Notes under the pieces: generated by a model | The model's input: the letters and a program-made list of their open reading frames with translations, nothing else | Databases searched by the model: none | Told to the model about the DNA's origin: nothing | Made by a program: the position numbers and the translations under genes | Origin: Octopus sinensis | Lineage: Eukaryota | DNA length: 64,000 nt | Direction of reading: 5' to 3' | NCBI RefSeq assembly: GCF_006345805.1 | Contig: NC_043017.1 | Location: 14,074,001 to 14,138,000 of the forward strand | Shown here: positions 1 through 13,400 of the stretch, in pieces | Layout of the letters: the number at the start of each line of letters is the position of its first letter | Position numbering within the stretch: the stretch's first letter is position 1

Positions 1-596
1 TTGCTAGTCTTTAATAATATTTTCACTATGTAAAATATGTAAAATATAAAAATTATTAAAATTGGGAATCAAATGTGAAAATATTATTAAAGACTAGCAA
101 GAAAACCGCCTAGAGTTCAGGCTTTCTGCTAGTTTTATTTAAATGAAACAAATATTTTCGTTATTAACTGGCATAACGTGTATGCATTTTATATATGATA
201 GCATTACACATATGTGAAAAGAAAACATCCTTACTCAATTTCTTAAGCAAAAATAAGACAGTGAAACAAAAGAATTTTAGTCATTTATTAACAGTATAGG
301 AAAACATATAAATTGAGTATCATGGCATTACATTTACATTCAATATTTTTAATGCTAAGACAAATATTCCAGCTGATGTCACAAAGAAACCCTATCACAG
401 ACTTGTGGTTCTGTTGAGCAACTCACTTTTTACTTCACTGTTCACATCGGATTCATGTCTGCTAAACAAAACTAGAAGTCCTGCATGTTACACTCCCAAA
501 TATTCTGATGAGTTAATTATACCTTCATTAAATAGGGTTAGAGCAGAATTGCACTTTTGACTTGGAGAAAAACAAATATTTTTGTTTACAAATGTT

Positions 597-790
597 CATC
601 CTCATCATCGTTTTATGTTCGTTTTTCATGCCGGCATGGGTTGGACGGTTCGACTGGGGCCTGCCACGTTCGGATGGCACTTTTTACATGCCACCAGCAT
701 AGGAATCACAACTACAATTTCCATTTGAATGTGATTCGATTTGATTTTGATGTACTTGACTCAATAGGTCTCCTTAAGCACAGCATGTCA
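597..790 (-). mobile_element. Short, internally deleted 3' UTR fragment of the RTE family
   Basis: CATCATCATCG tail, CATGCCGGCATGGG stem-loop and GGTTGGACGGTTC match the 3' end of the large RTE copies. Confidence 0.75.
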
Positions 791-2055
791 CCCTATGCTC
801 CAAGGAACTTTTGAGTGGGCTGGTTATGTGACACTGGTGTGGGTTACAGCTCACTACCTTACAAAAATCATATCAGTCAAGCAAATGCCCTGCATTAAAA
901 ACACTAACATATTCAGGACACTATCTCATAAGATTAGCGCCATTCTCTTTGAGCATATAAAGGACAAATTTAGCTGGGGGAAAATGAGTAAGACAAAATA
1001 AAGTAAATTTGCCACTTTAATTCTCCAGAATTACATTTGAAAAAAGACTCAGCAAAATTTTAAAATATCATAGTATATCATAGAAAAATGACACATGATA
1101 TGAAATTAATGAAATTCGACTAAATCTTAAAACTCAGCATAAAATATTCTCTAAGATTTCTTCACAATCTGCTGGATTGGCTCTTTTCCTGATATATTTA
1201 TACAGCATGCAGTTAGGAAGAAGAAATTATTGAAATAAGTCATTTTGCCCCATTTTAGACATCATTTTTTAAAATTTGAAAATTATCGTATTAGACAGTA
1301 GTGTGGGAAAAAATTGACTTGGAATCCAACAGAAAAAAAGAATATCGTTGTTAAACCCCAAATGTTATCCAGATCTTTTATTAGCAACCTCTCAATTGAA
1401 TCAAAAAGTTAAGGAAAAATTTCTTGAAAAAAATGTATCTGTCACATGACTGTATCAGATTCTCTCAACTTCAACAAGAACAATTGTGCAGACCAATTTT
1501 TACTCCAAAAGATGATGCAAACAGGTAGAGAAAAAATAATGAGAAATCAGAAATTACTCCATTTATTCCAGTTACCAATTCATCCCTCTCCTGTATATTA
1601 TATTTAAACAAAAAAAAAAAAAGAAATTGGCTCTAAATATTTAAATAAATATTGTTTATTGAAAAAAAATTTTTTATGTTCATGTTTGTATTGTATTAGT
1701 TTTGTATTAGTATTGTTTTATTAGTTACTTTGTGATTTACAACTGTTATATAAAATATGGATCTATTTGTCTTTCTCTACTTAACTGTATGTTTATCTGC
1801 TTTTGACTTTCCTACTTCTCTGTTTGCCAGTCTGTTTATCTACTCATCTTTCTCTGTCTGACTCTCTCTTTCTCATTGTGTTTGTTTCTGTCAGTCTTTC
1901 TCTGTCTATCATATTTGTGTATCTGACTATATACTTATCTTTGTCTACCTATCTTGCTGTCTGTCTCTATTAATGTGTTTATATATCTGCCAGTATTCCC
2001 TATCTATCTATTTGTCTATATCTTTTCCTCTGTATAGATTTATATTCACAACAAG

Positions 2056-2124
2056 ATGGGATGTGATGGTGGAACAATACCCACAAGGGATGAGTTGGTC
2101 AGAACAAAGAAAAAACCTGAACAG
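2056..2124 (+). CDS. RTF2: RTF2 coding exon 1 (MGCDGGTIPTRDELVRTKKKPEQ)
   Basis: Diagnostic Rtf2 N-terminus MGCDGGTIP. Acceptor TGTATAG at 2031-2037 after a long pyrimidine tract implies an upstream non-coding exon. Donor CAG|GTAAAG, phase 0. Confidence 0.97.
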
Positions 2125-2129
2125 GTAAA

Positions 2130-2480
2130 GATCTTCTGTCTAGAATGCTTCCGTATGAGTCTCAGATCTCCAATTTCTTTAGTTAATCTTTTTGACATAG
2201 GAATTATCGTTATTGTTACTTCATAGAGCATGGAGACTCCGTACTCTTCCCTGCTGCACCAGTTTTCCTTCACTTCTCTAATATCTATGAACTCCAATCC
2301 AGCCTAGGTTCCACTCATCCAATTTACTGTTTCAAAGTGCAAATCTCTCATTCCTTTATCTATGGTCAGTCCCTGCTGTTCAGGTTGCTCTCTGTAAAGT
2401 TAGCAAAGTCCATTCTTTTGCAAGCATTCAGGCCAAGTCTTTATTTTTAGGATACATTCTTACCGTCTTCTTTTCCACCT
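2130..2480 (-). mobile_element. Degraded non-LTR retrotransposon RT fragment
   Basis: EVTITIIPMSK resembles the RT-upstream (T/V).LIPK motif; heavily decayed, family not assigned. Confidence 0.45.
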
Positions 2481-2569
2481 ATCTTGAAGGCCTTTCCATG
2501 CAAAATAGATGCACTTGTTTCATTGAGCACCTCACATTTTCTTTAACCATTTGAATGCAGAAAGCGGAT

Positions 2570-2790
2570 ATCATCATCATTTAATATCTGTTTTCCATGC
2601 TGGCTTGGGCTGGATGGTTTGACAGGAGCTGGAAAGATTGGTAGCCGCATCAGGTTCCATTGCCTGCTTTGGCATGGTTTTCACAGCAGGATGCCCTTCC
2701 TAATATCAAGCACTTTACAAAGTTTGTGAGTGCATTTTATGTGGCATTAGCACTGACAGAATTACCAAGTACCTTGCAAGACAAAAGCCC
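2570..2790 (-). mobile_element. Old RTE 3' tail
   Basis: CATCATCATC tail plus TTTCCATGCTGGC and GGATGCCCTTCCTAA, shared with the young RTE 3' UTR. Confidence 0.7.
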
Positions 2791-3379
2791 CTTAACTGGA
2801 AGTGGAGAGTAGTATGGAGGGAGTGTGGCTTGGTGTTATGTGGGAGAGTAAAGGTATAGAGGGACAAGTGTCTTGCTGTAGAGTAGATACATGAATACTA
2901 CAGTTGAAAAGAAAGGTGAGTAAGATAAGGAGAGTGATAGTGAGAGAGATGATGGCAAGAATTTGTTGAGACATGCTCTTGAAGGACATTGGAGATGATG
3001 AGAGTAAGTGAGGTATTATAGAATCTTGCACTGGATGAGTAGGCAGGACTGAGGTAACTAGTAAATGATGGAGATAAATGGAAGTGAAGCTCAGGAGTGA
3101 GAGTTGCCATAGACATGTGAGAGCATCGAGAATAGTTGCTGGTAAGTGAGGAGCTGATGATGGAGGGGGAGGGGGCGGGTGATTGTTGGAGACAGTAGGT
3201 AGGAAAGAATATGGGAAATGGAAGTGGTTTAGGATGAGAGAGAGCTAGCGGGGATGCATGTGACTATTCTACTTTCTGGTGGTAGGGAATTGATGGGTGT
3301 GAGGGTGGAGGAATTTTTTAATGGGGCAGAGAGGATGAAAGTGGAGTTGGGGCAGAGCTACTCATGGACAAGTATTACC

Positions 3380-3960
3380 AAAGTGGTTTTAGGATATCAA
3401 TTCTCCTGTGGTGGACAGGTCTTTCTGAGTACAGCAAGGCACCAGATTTTTGGTCCTTTGTCATCTCCTTCATAAAGCTCAGCAGTCTTCAATATTTCAT
3501 CCCATATCTTCCTGGGTCTCTCTCTTCCGTAGGTTCCATCCACTTTAAGTGATCTGCACTTCTTTATGCAATTGTCTTCTTCATCCATAACATTCACATG
3601 ACCAAACCAGTGCAACCTTCTCTCTTGCATGCTGCATCTAATTCCTCTTATGCCTGACTTCTCTCTCATTACTCTAGCACACTAGCATTGTACATCCAGC
3701 AGAGCATACCAGCTTCATTCCTCTCTAGTTTTTGCATCTCCTCTACATTCAGAGCCCACATTTCACTACCATGTAACATTGCTGTTCATACACATGCATC
3801 ATACAATCTTCCTTTCACTTGGAGAAAGAGAGACACTTTTCATTACCAACAGCGGTAAAGGCTCTCTGAACTTTCTCCATACCATTCTTATTCTAGCAAT
3901 TATACTTTCAGTACATCCTCTTCCACATGCAAATACTTCTCTGTTAGTATGTGTCCATTG
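3380..3960 (-). mobile_element. Old RTE ORF 3' fragment
   Basis: ERRLHWFGHV...G.RERPRKIWDE thumb motifs; interrupted by deletions. Confidence 0.8.
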
Positions 3961-5377
3961 CTTGCACTAAATACACAAAATGGCTATATCTGCTAAAAAT
4001 GTTATTATGTTATTACCATTAATGGCATAAAGGCTTTTTCCTTTGTAAAGAAAACTCTCCTTGTGTTTTGACAAATGGAGACACCCTCAGTGACATTGTC
4101 ATCCTCATTTAATGTCCCCATTTCCATGCTGGCATGGGTTGGATGGTTTGACAAAAACAAATGGGCCAGAAAGCTCTGCCAAGTTCTGTCTTCTTCGACA
4201 ATTTTTCAAATTTTTTTTCTTTCTTTTTTTTTTTCTCCAAATACTTTTAGTGGAGAAGATAATGAAAAAGTATTACTGAAGTTGAAAATATCAATTCTAC
4301 CTTTTAACATCATGGGAATGACCATGAAATTTAATTATGCAAAGAAATAAACTTGGCAGATATGATTATCCTTCTAGAACAAGTGATGTAAAATTTCAAG
4401 TTTCCAGTCACCTTAGTTCTTAGAATTTTGAAATCTGGTTAATTTTGGTCTTACAAGGTCTTCAAAAATAGCTGTAACTCCTTGTATATTAGTCCTGTTG
4501 ACTTGCTCATTGGTCCATTTGAAAACTTTTTGGTCATTTACTTGTTACATCCAGAACTAAACTAGCCACCAGAGATGTTATATGAGAAATTATATTTTAT
4601 ATTTTTAAATATATTAAAGGGTATAACTGAGTGAAAGAGTGTTTAACTTGAGGTTGGAGGTTCCATGGTTCAGTTCAAGGAGCATCCAGGATTGAATTGA
4701 GGAATTCTTTATACTGAAATGTTATTTAGTCCAACCCATACCAGTATGGGAAGCAAATAAAATTGAGTTTACAAAAATACAGCCATCTTTGAAATTCACT
4801 CAAATTTTGATCATTGCATCTGTGGATTATTGACATTCCCTAAGTAAAATGGGAATCCAGAATGTATCAGTTTAACTGTCTTTGTTGAAACTCAGTTTTT
4901 TTTAGCTGCTGTATTTCATAGTGACTATGTCATTGCAAACTTAATTTTTATTTTAATGAGTTGGTATCACTGTTGCATAAGGGGGTCACTCCTGAGAGCT
5001 AATCAAATCTCATCCTTCACTTTGATCTTTGTGCTTCTGCACTGTCCAGCTATTATTTCGTCCCTTGATCAGTCCTGGTCCAGCAGACATAACTAATGAT
5101 GTTGCAGCTGTGGCCATCTCTATTTTCAGATATAGTGTTGCTGAACTGTTCTATTCTTTGGCTCCTTTGCTTTTATTGTATAGTCCCTGGGCAGCACTAA
5201 TCTAGTAGGCCTTAGATCAGGGGTTTCTGCATATGGCCATCGTACTCATCTTCCCTACAAACCTTTAATGCCCAGCCACACTCTCCTTATTCATCAACCC
5301 ATACAAATCTATCATATTCAGTGCTTCCACATCTCACTAACATTATCTACACTTCATAAATTGTTTCCCTATTTCAG

Positions 5378-5472
5378 AAAGACAAAATGGCTGACTTGGC
5401 TGCCAAATGGAAACACTGTGCTATCTCACAGGAACCCTTAAGATCTCCTATTATGAGCTGTGAATTTGGTAG
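5378..5472 (+). CDS. RTF2: RTF2 coding exon 2 (KDKMADLAAKWKHCAISQEPLRSPIMSCEFG-R)
   Basis: TTTCAG acceptor and AG|GTGAGT donor; 95 nt, phase 0 to 2; matches the Rtf2 W..C.LSQE.L..PIV.C.LG motif. Confidence 0.96.
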
Positions 5473-5723
5473 GTGAGTGTATGCATTCACACACATCATC
5501 ATTTAATGTCTGTTTTCCAGGGCTGCATTTTCTTTAATTTTTGTTTCTTTTTCTTCTCTATTTCTGCCGTATCTGCTCTTTCCATATTATATTTATCCAG
5601 ATGTTTTATATTTATTAACATGTACATGAACAGTTGTTGTGTTGTGTTATTCCCTGAAGAATATTTTTGTATTAAATTAAATATAATGAAGATTGGTTTC
5701 TCATTTCCAATCTATTATTTCAG

Positions 5724-5814
5724 ACTATACAACAAAGAAACTGTTTTGGAGTTTCTCCTTGATCGAAACAGTTTTGAATGTGCTCCGAGTTTCAGTCATC
5801 TCCGAGGGTTGAAG
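5724..5814 (+). CDS. RTF2: RTF2 coding exon 3 (R-LYNKETVLEFLLDRNSFECAPSFSHLRGLK)
   Basis: TTTCAG acceptor and AAG|GTAAAT donor; 91 nt, phase 2 to 0; RLYNK...EFLL motif. Confidence 0.96.
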
Positions 5815-6149
5815 GTAAATTGCATCTTCCTACATAACTGTCTCAGTTTCAATACCAAGTCAACCCATTGCATAGGTGGGACCAGCTCTTACACTAGCAG
5901 AAGACCCTTTTTATTTTTGAAGATAACTATATCAAATTAAATGTAATTTAATAATAAAGAAAATTTGTATTAAATATATAGAAAAATGTAATTATGTTTG
6001 TGAAGATGTGACAATAACTATTACAGAAAGAATGTGTGTGTGTGTATATATACACACACACACATATATATACACATACATACATACACACATGTGCATA
6101 TATATAAAACATTGAGGCACCAATTTTTGGGGGTACCTCACATTTTAGA

Positions 6150-7030
6150 CCCAATTCCAGAGATATCCACACCAGTGAATAAGTGTATGGTTTTCATTTC
6201 TAGCAGCTCTAGTTTTTAAGATAATGTACTTAAACTAAAATCATGTATTATCACAATAGAGAAATAGGTTTCCTGCCCTTCTTGGAGGAAAATGGTTTTG
6301 CATTTTGCAATGATGTTCAAGGCTTGCTAATGAAAGTGGGTATATCAAAATATGTACCTAGTGAATGGTGGTTATTCTTAAAGAGTTCTAAACAGAGCTT
6401 AAAATGTGTGCTTTTACACAACCACAACATTTAGATCAATCTTAGTTTGTCACTCAACTAAGATGACTGAGCAACAGGAAACAATTGCTCTTGTCTTATA
6501 GAAAATACCATAACACGAACACCAGTGGTTAATCTGTGTGGATGATGAATTTTTTTCTTGAGTCAGCAGAGTTTATACACCAAGTATCCATGCTTAGGTC
6601 ACCAAGGTTGTCGGGAAAATGATTCCAGTGATTGTGGAGGAAATACCCTTTGATGTGGGATAGTAGACCTAAGGATGAGTACTGGGTAACAAAATAATGG
6701 TCTTTTAGAAAAACTTGGCCATTGGAGAAAAGAATGTCATTTCAGAAGCTTTGGTTGATGGAGATAGGATCATTTTACAACCACTGCACTTCACACTAAG
6801 TTTAATGAAACAGTTTGTGACAGCTTTAAACAAAGAAGGGGACTGCTATGATTACATAAGCAGAAAATTTCCAGCATTGAGTATGGAGAAGCTGAAGGCA
6901 GGTGCTTTCAGTGGGCCACAAATTGGAACTCATGAACAGCTCACATCTCCAATTCAGTGAACAATGCCGTGACAAGTGAATGGTTTTTGTTCACTCTAGT
7001 TGTAAGAAATTTTCTTGGGAGCATATAGAA
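6150..7030 (+). mobile_element. DNA transposon relic, Chapaev-3/CMC-like transposase fragments
   Basis: EWWLFLKSSKQSLKCVLLHN and ILQPLHFTLSLMKQFVTAL...KLKAGAFSGPQI. The family label is from recollection; stops and frameshifts present. Confidence 0.65.
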
Positions 7031-7039
7031 GATACATGC

Positions 7040-7481
7040 TCTGAATTAATGAAGAGCATAGGGTCTTCCAGCAGCCACCCTCTTGGCCCAGGGCAGCACT
7101 ACCTCCTCCAGGCACTTGATGTAGGCCTCTGTGCTGAGTCTGAGGCTGTGTAGGAAGATGAATGGAGGCTAGTGATCACAATCCAAACACCATAATGTTG
7201 ACTGGATGTTTGATTTTTATCACTCTCAATAAAATGTCCTCTGATTGACACCCAAACACTCTGAAATGTTCATATTGGAGCTTCCAGCACAAATGCCAAG
7301 CAGTACAGTATGTTGTTACCAAATTTCTGGCAGAATGAATTGTGTCCTGGTACTGTCTTTCTCACACATAGTACCCAACTAACCCTACTTTACTGTTTAG
7401 TCGACAAAATCAAAAACAAGCACAATGTGCATGCGCGAAATTAAAAATATAAAATGGTGACAATTTATCCATCACACCCTG
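7040..7481 (-). mobile_element. Tc1/mariner (maT/DD37D-like) relic
   Basis: KHPVNIMVFG motif; terminus CAGGGTGTGATGGATAAATTGTCACC flanked by TA at 7482-7483. Confidence 0.7.
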
Positions 7482-8194
7482 TATGTATATATAAATATAG
7501 TGAAATATGTATTGTAATCAAAATGTATTTTTTACAAAACTACACTTAAGGGTGTTGAAGGTTAAAGATTCCCTGCCTTTCAGTAATCAAAAATCAGTTA
7601 AAAATTGAACCAATGAGGTAACCTCTATGTGGTGGCTCATCTTGTTAGAATTAGCATCCAATTATCACTCAAATTCCTGTCTTCAAAAGGGAAGGTCACA
7701 TTTGGTAATATAATTTTCGATACATAATATCCATGGATGGAGGATTGTGTTTGGAATGCGTCAAATCTCCTGTATAAGGATTGGCCTGGAAATAACAACC
7801 AGGAATGGCATTTAATGCAGTCCTACCTCTAACAGGTGGTGTGAAGCTGTACAGGCTTCCTTATTATGATTAGTAGTAGCAGTATCATTATTATTATTGG
7901 CCTTGTATTTCTTCCCCCCTCATTGTCCTGATAGCAGATATAAAGAAATATTCATTTTTCTTATTGTCTCCATCCTTCTGGAGTTGATAAAATTACCAGT
8001 CAAGTAACAGAGCAGATGATGTTGACTTACTCCTGCCTCAAAACTGCTGGCTTGTGCTTAAAGCCACAACCATTATAATTATTATTTTAAAAAATTATAA
8101 AATAGAAAGTTATTATTATTATTATTAATAGGAAGAAGATAATCTCACTTGATAGAAACGAATACACAGGGGTTTTCTTTGCTTTCTTGATCAG

Positions 8195-8331
8195 GATATT
8201 AAAGAAGTGAAGCTGACTGAGAACCCTGGAGATTCCAGGCCAAAGGCAGAAAAGGGAGATGGTTACATCGATACGCTTGCTTCACAGTATATATGTCCTG
8301 TGGTGGGCATAGAAATGAATGGGATGTTCAA
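8195..8331 (+). CDS. RTF2: RTF2 coding exon 4 (DIKEVKLTENP...QYICPVVGIEMNGMF-K)
   Basis: TTGATCAG acceptor and AA|GTAAGT donor; 137 nt, phase 0 to 2; ICPVVG.EMNG motif. Confidence 0.96.
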
Positions 8332-8619
8332 GTAAGTACAAAAGGCTCGTATATACAGTTGTTTGCACAAAATCTTTACACACACCGAAAGATTTTAAAG
8401 TCACTGTTTCATTAAAATATATTTCATTTTCAACATTTAATAGTATTTACAGAAGATTTCATTTTTCTGTGAATGCCTTTTTCAAACTGATGACCATTCT
8501 GGTTCAGGCATTGCTGATAATGTTTAGCAATGGAACTGCAAACGTCAAGAAACATTTCGTTTGGTATTTCTATGCATTCTCATTCAATAATTGCCCTCAG
8601 TTTGTCAACTGATAGAGAT

Positions 8620-9200
8620 TTTATACTGTAAACTTTATCTTTTAAGTATCCCTATAACGAGGTTTGGTGAATGTAGTTGGCATTCTACTGAACCACTTCA
8701 TCCAGTCCACCTGTTTGGCAAAATCTCATTTGTATGATAGTGTGTTGTCCCCATCTTGCTGAAACTCCACATCTTCAAAGTCTTCTTGAGTGCTTGGAAT
8801 GACAGATGATCACAGCAAGTTCATCTAAGTGGGGCCATCCAAAAAAGAATGGTTCAATCCCTTTGATGATAAGCTACACCATACTGTAATTCCTGCTAAA
8901 TTAATAGGATGTTGTTGCATAATATGCCAATACTCCGGTCCCCCCTGGAGAGGTGCAATTGTGGCAGTTAGTTGATTCATTTAATTTAAACATAGCCTCA
9001 TCACTCCAAACAATCTTTTACACATCTTGCCAAATACCAGGTGCAAAACCCCTCTCTTCAGCTTCGATCATCTTCATTCAGATGAATGGAGCTTCAAATG
9101 TAACTTTTCCAATGTCAGGTCTTCAAATCGAAATGGACATGTGATTTTGAAATTTCCATTTCATAATTACTTGACTCACAGATTTCCTTACATCTGGATA
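8620..9200 (-). mobile_element. Decayed Tc1/mariner-superfamily relic
   Basis: Fragmentary [10 protein letters not shown] and FQQDG motifs on the minus strand. Confidence 0.45.
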
Positions 9201-9739
9201 TACATTTCTTGAACCCTTACTTGCTTTGTGGCACTCATTGATGCCTGAAGTCTTCCAGAATGTTTTTTGTGGATATTCTGAACAGTTCCATCTGTTTCAA
9301 ACTTATCTCTGATTCCAGTGTTAACAAGTCACAGTGGTGGATCAGTTTGAAACTCCCTTCTAAACTGTCTTTATGCTGCACTTTAGGATAAATTTCTTTT
9401 TGTTCTGAGCTTAGTCTAGCTCCCTTTATTATTTCTAATGGGTTAAATCTAAAAAGTGTTACTCCCTTCTTACACTTTGACGACATATCCCCCCTCCCCA
9501 TGACCCACTGTTCATATTATCTTTTAAGTTCACTTTCTTGTACTTTGAGAATTTATTCTGACACTCCATCACCACCTTCCTTTATCTCTTTTCTCAGCTA
9601 CTCTCACCCACCTCTCTATATAATAAGAGTTGGTTATGTATTCTTGTCCCTCTATCTTACATTAGCCTTTCAACATCAGCACACAGCTACCTTTCCTTCT
9701 CAAATACTCTCCTTTTAGTAGTGCAAGCTTTTTTTTTTT

Positions 9740-9975
9740 CTCCCTTTCCCTGTTCTTCTGTCTTTCAAGTTACCTGCAACCTCATTAGTGTTTGTGGCAC
9801 ACAAAAAAATAGCACCCAGTACATTCTGTAATGTGGCTGGTGTTAGGAAGGGCATCCAGCCATAGAAACCATGCCAGTACTGACTTTGGAGCACAACATA
9901 TTCTGGCTTGTCAGGTCCTGTCAACTGTCAGTTTGAACATGCCAGTTTGAAAAGTGGATGTTAACTGATGATGAT
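9740..9975 (+). mobile_element. Old RTE 3' tail
   Basis: GGTGTTAGGAAGGGCATCCAGCCATAGAAAC ... TGATGATGA tail. Confidence 0.7.
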
Positions 9976-10269
9976 TGTTTTTACAGTGGAACTTGAAGTA
10001 GATAAAGCTATAAATACTGGTTTCAAATTTTGGCTCAAGGCCAGCAATTTTGTGGTAGTGGTTAAGGCGATTCATTGATACCAGTACTTGACTGGAACTT
10101 ATTTTATTGATCCCGTAAGGATGAAAGGCAAAGTAAAACCTCAGTGGATTTTGAACATAAATGCCACTAAGCATTTTACCAAGCATGCTCATGATTCTGC
10201 CAGCTTGCTGCTTTAGATAAAGCTATAAATATAGGCATTTAGAATATTGGGTTAAAAAAATCCCCTTTG

Positions 10270-10283
10270 TATAGAAAAATGTG

Positions 10284-10314
<31 letters not shown>

Positions 10315-10460
10315 ATATGTATGTATGTATTTGTGTGTATCTGCATGTATATATATATGTGTGTGTATATATATATATATGTGTGTATATATATATATAT
10401 GTGTGTGTATATGTATCTATATATATGTGTGTGTTATATATATATATATATATATATTAT
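10270..10460. repeat. (TA)n/(TG)n compound microsatellite at the RTE 3' junction
   Basis: Seen directly. Confidence 0.95.
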
Positions 10461-10462
10461 CT

Positions 10463-13400
10463 TCATCATCATTTAGCGTCCGCTTTCCATGCTAGCATGG
10501 GTTGGACGGTTCAACTGGGGTCTGGGAAGCCAGAAGGCTGCACCAGGCCCAGTCTGATCTGGCAATGTTTCTACGGCTGGATGCCCTTCCTAACGCCAAC
10601 CACTCCATGAGTGTAGTGGGTGCTTTTTGCGTGCCACCGGCACAGGTGCCAGACGAGGCTGGCAAACGGCCACTATTGGATGGTGCTTTTTACGTGCCAT
10701 CGGCACGAGGCCAGTCGGGGCGGCGCTGGCAACAGCCACGTTCGGATGGTTCTCTTATGTGCCACCAGCACTGGTATCACAGCTGCAATTTCCATTGATG
10801 TTGATCGATTTCGATTCTCACTTGCCTCAACAGGTCTTCACAAGTAAAGTTTTGTGTCCCCAGAAGGAAAGGTATGTATAAGTCGACTGGCACAACCCGG
10901 GTTATGGTCTCACTTGTCCTGCCGGGTCTTCTCATGCACAGCACACTTCCAAAGGTCTCGGTCTCTAGTCATTTCCTTAGTGAGACCTAAAGTTCGAAGG
11001 TCGTGCTTCACCACCTCGTCCCAGGTTTTCCTGGGTCTGCCTCTTTCACAGGTTCCCTCAACCGCTAGGGTATGGCACTTATTCACACAACTATCTTCAT
11101 CCATTCTCGCAACATGACCATACCAGCGCAAACGCCTCTCTTGCACACCACAACTGATGCTTCTTAGGTCCAGCTTTTCTCTCAAGGTACTTACACTCTG
11201 TCGAGTATGAACACTGACATTACACATCCATCGGAGCATACTGGCTACATTTCTTGCAAGCTTATGCATATCCTCAGCAGTCACGGCCCATGTAGCATGG
11301 CTGTTCGTACACACGCGTCATACAGTCTGCCTTTTACTCTGAGTGAAAGGCCTTTTGTCACCAGCAGAGGTAAGAGCTCTCTGAACTTTGCCCAAGCTAT
11401 TCTTGCTCTAGCAGTTACACTTTCAGCACACCCGCCCCCGCTACTGACTTGGTCACCTAGGTAACGGAAGCTATCAACTATTTCTAGTTTTTCTCCCTGA
11501 AATGTGGCAGAAGTTGGTCTCAGAGCATTTTCAGTGTTTATTGCTCCTGAGCATCTGCCACATACAAAAACTATCTTCCTAGTTAGCCTTCCTTTGACAT
11601 TGCTGCACCTCTTATGTGTCCATAGCTTACACTTGGTACATCTTATAGAGTTTCTACCTACACCTTTTCTACAGATCGAGCAGGGCCATCTACCTGAAGG
11701 CATTTGTGATTTATCTACCTTCCTACTTATTAGGACTTTGGTTTTAGCTAGATTGACTCTAAGGCCCTTCGATTCTAATCCTTGTTTCCACACTTGAAAC
11801 TTCTCCTCTAGTTCTGATAGTGACTCAGCAATTAGAGCAAGATCATCAGCATAGAGGAGCTCCCAGGGGCATCCTGTCTTGAATTCCTCCGTTATTGCCT
11901 GGAGGACTATGATAAATAGAAGGGGGCTGAGGACTGAGCCTTGGTGGACCCCTACCTCTACCCGGAATTCTTCACTGTACTCATTGCCAACCCTCACCTT
12001 ACTAGCGGCATCCCTGTACATGGCTCACACAGCTCTCACTAACCATTTATCTATCCCTAGTTTCCTCATTGACCACCAGATAAGGGATCGGGGGACCCTG
12101 TCGAAGGCTTTCTCCATGTCAACAAAAGCCAGGTACGGGGGCTTATCTTTGGCTAGGTATTTCTCCTGCAGCTGTCTCACCAGAAATATAGCATCAGTGG
12201 TACTTTTCCCTGGCACAAACCCAAACTGCTTCTCATCTAAACTAACTCTCTAATTAGTTGGGCTATGACCCTCCGTAACCTTCATTACCTGATCCAACAG
12301 CTTGATACCTCTGTAATTATTTGTATCTAGGGCGTCACCTTTACCTTTGTAGCAGTTGACTATTATGCTGCTACACCAGTCATTGGGTATGACTCCTTCA
12401 TGTATCACCTGATTAACTATACGGGTGACTAGGCTATAGCCGACACTACCAGATATTTTGAGCATCTCTGCAGTGATTCCTGATGGGCCTGGGGCTTTCC
12501 CTGTCTTCATGCTTCTAATTGCCTTAACTACCAAGGAACTGTCAACTCGGATAGCTGGTCCCTCTGTTGGGTCGACATTCGGCAGACTCTCTTTATCCCA
12601 TTCATTTTCTTTATTCAGCAACCTTTCATAGTGGCGTCTCCAAACCTCTCTCTTTGCATCCTCATTTAGCGCAAGTGAACCATCATCCATGCGAACACAT
12701 TTCTCTCCTACCACATCACAATTCTCTCTCATACACTGTCTTGCAACACGAAACACCTCAAGTCTTTGGTCCTCATGGCACAGAACATTGGCAAATTTTT
12801 TCTTATCTGCTTCCCCTCTGGCTAAATAAACCTGTCTCCTAGCTTCTCTTTTGGTAGTCTGATACAATTCCCTGCTACCACCATTCTTCCAGTCCTTCCA
12901 AGCCTGTCTCTTTTCTCTAATAGCCCTGTCTACAACATTGTTCCACCACCACGTTATTTTGGGTCGAGAGGGGACTTTGCACCAGCCACAGATCTGGTCA
13001 GTGGCTTTCAGCAGGTTGTCCCTTAGAAACGTCCAGTTGTCTTCTACCCCATGTGATGCTCTATCCACTTCTACTTCGTCAAAGGCTTCAAGTAATATGT
13101 CCCTAAATCTCTGTCCATTCGCAGGATCTTTAAGCTTCCAGATCCTTCTTCTCCATGTTGGTCGTCTTCTGGTTGTCCTCTTAGTCCTGATCCTAAAGTC
13201 ACTAACTACCAGTCTATGTTGCGGGGTACATTCTTCGCCTGGGAAGATTTTGGCATTTATAAGCAGCCATCTTTCCCTTTTCCTGGCAAGGATGTAGTCA
13301 ATTTGGCTGGTATGTTGGCCCGATCGGTAGGTGAGTAGGTGGCTGGTAGGTTTCCTGAAGTTAGTGTTGCATACCATAAGATCATTTGCATCGCAGAACT

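Noticed and set aside
5473-5940. 155-aa ORF
   Set aside because: Only 5724-5814 is coding (RTF2 exon 3); the rest is intron that happens to be open.
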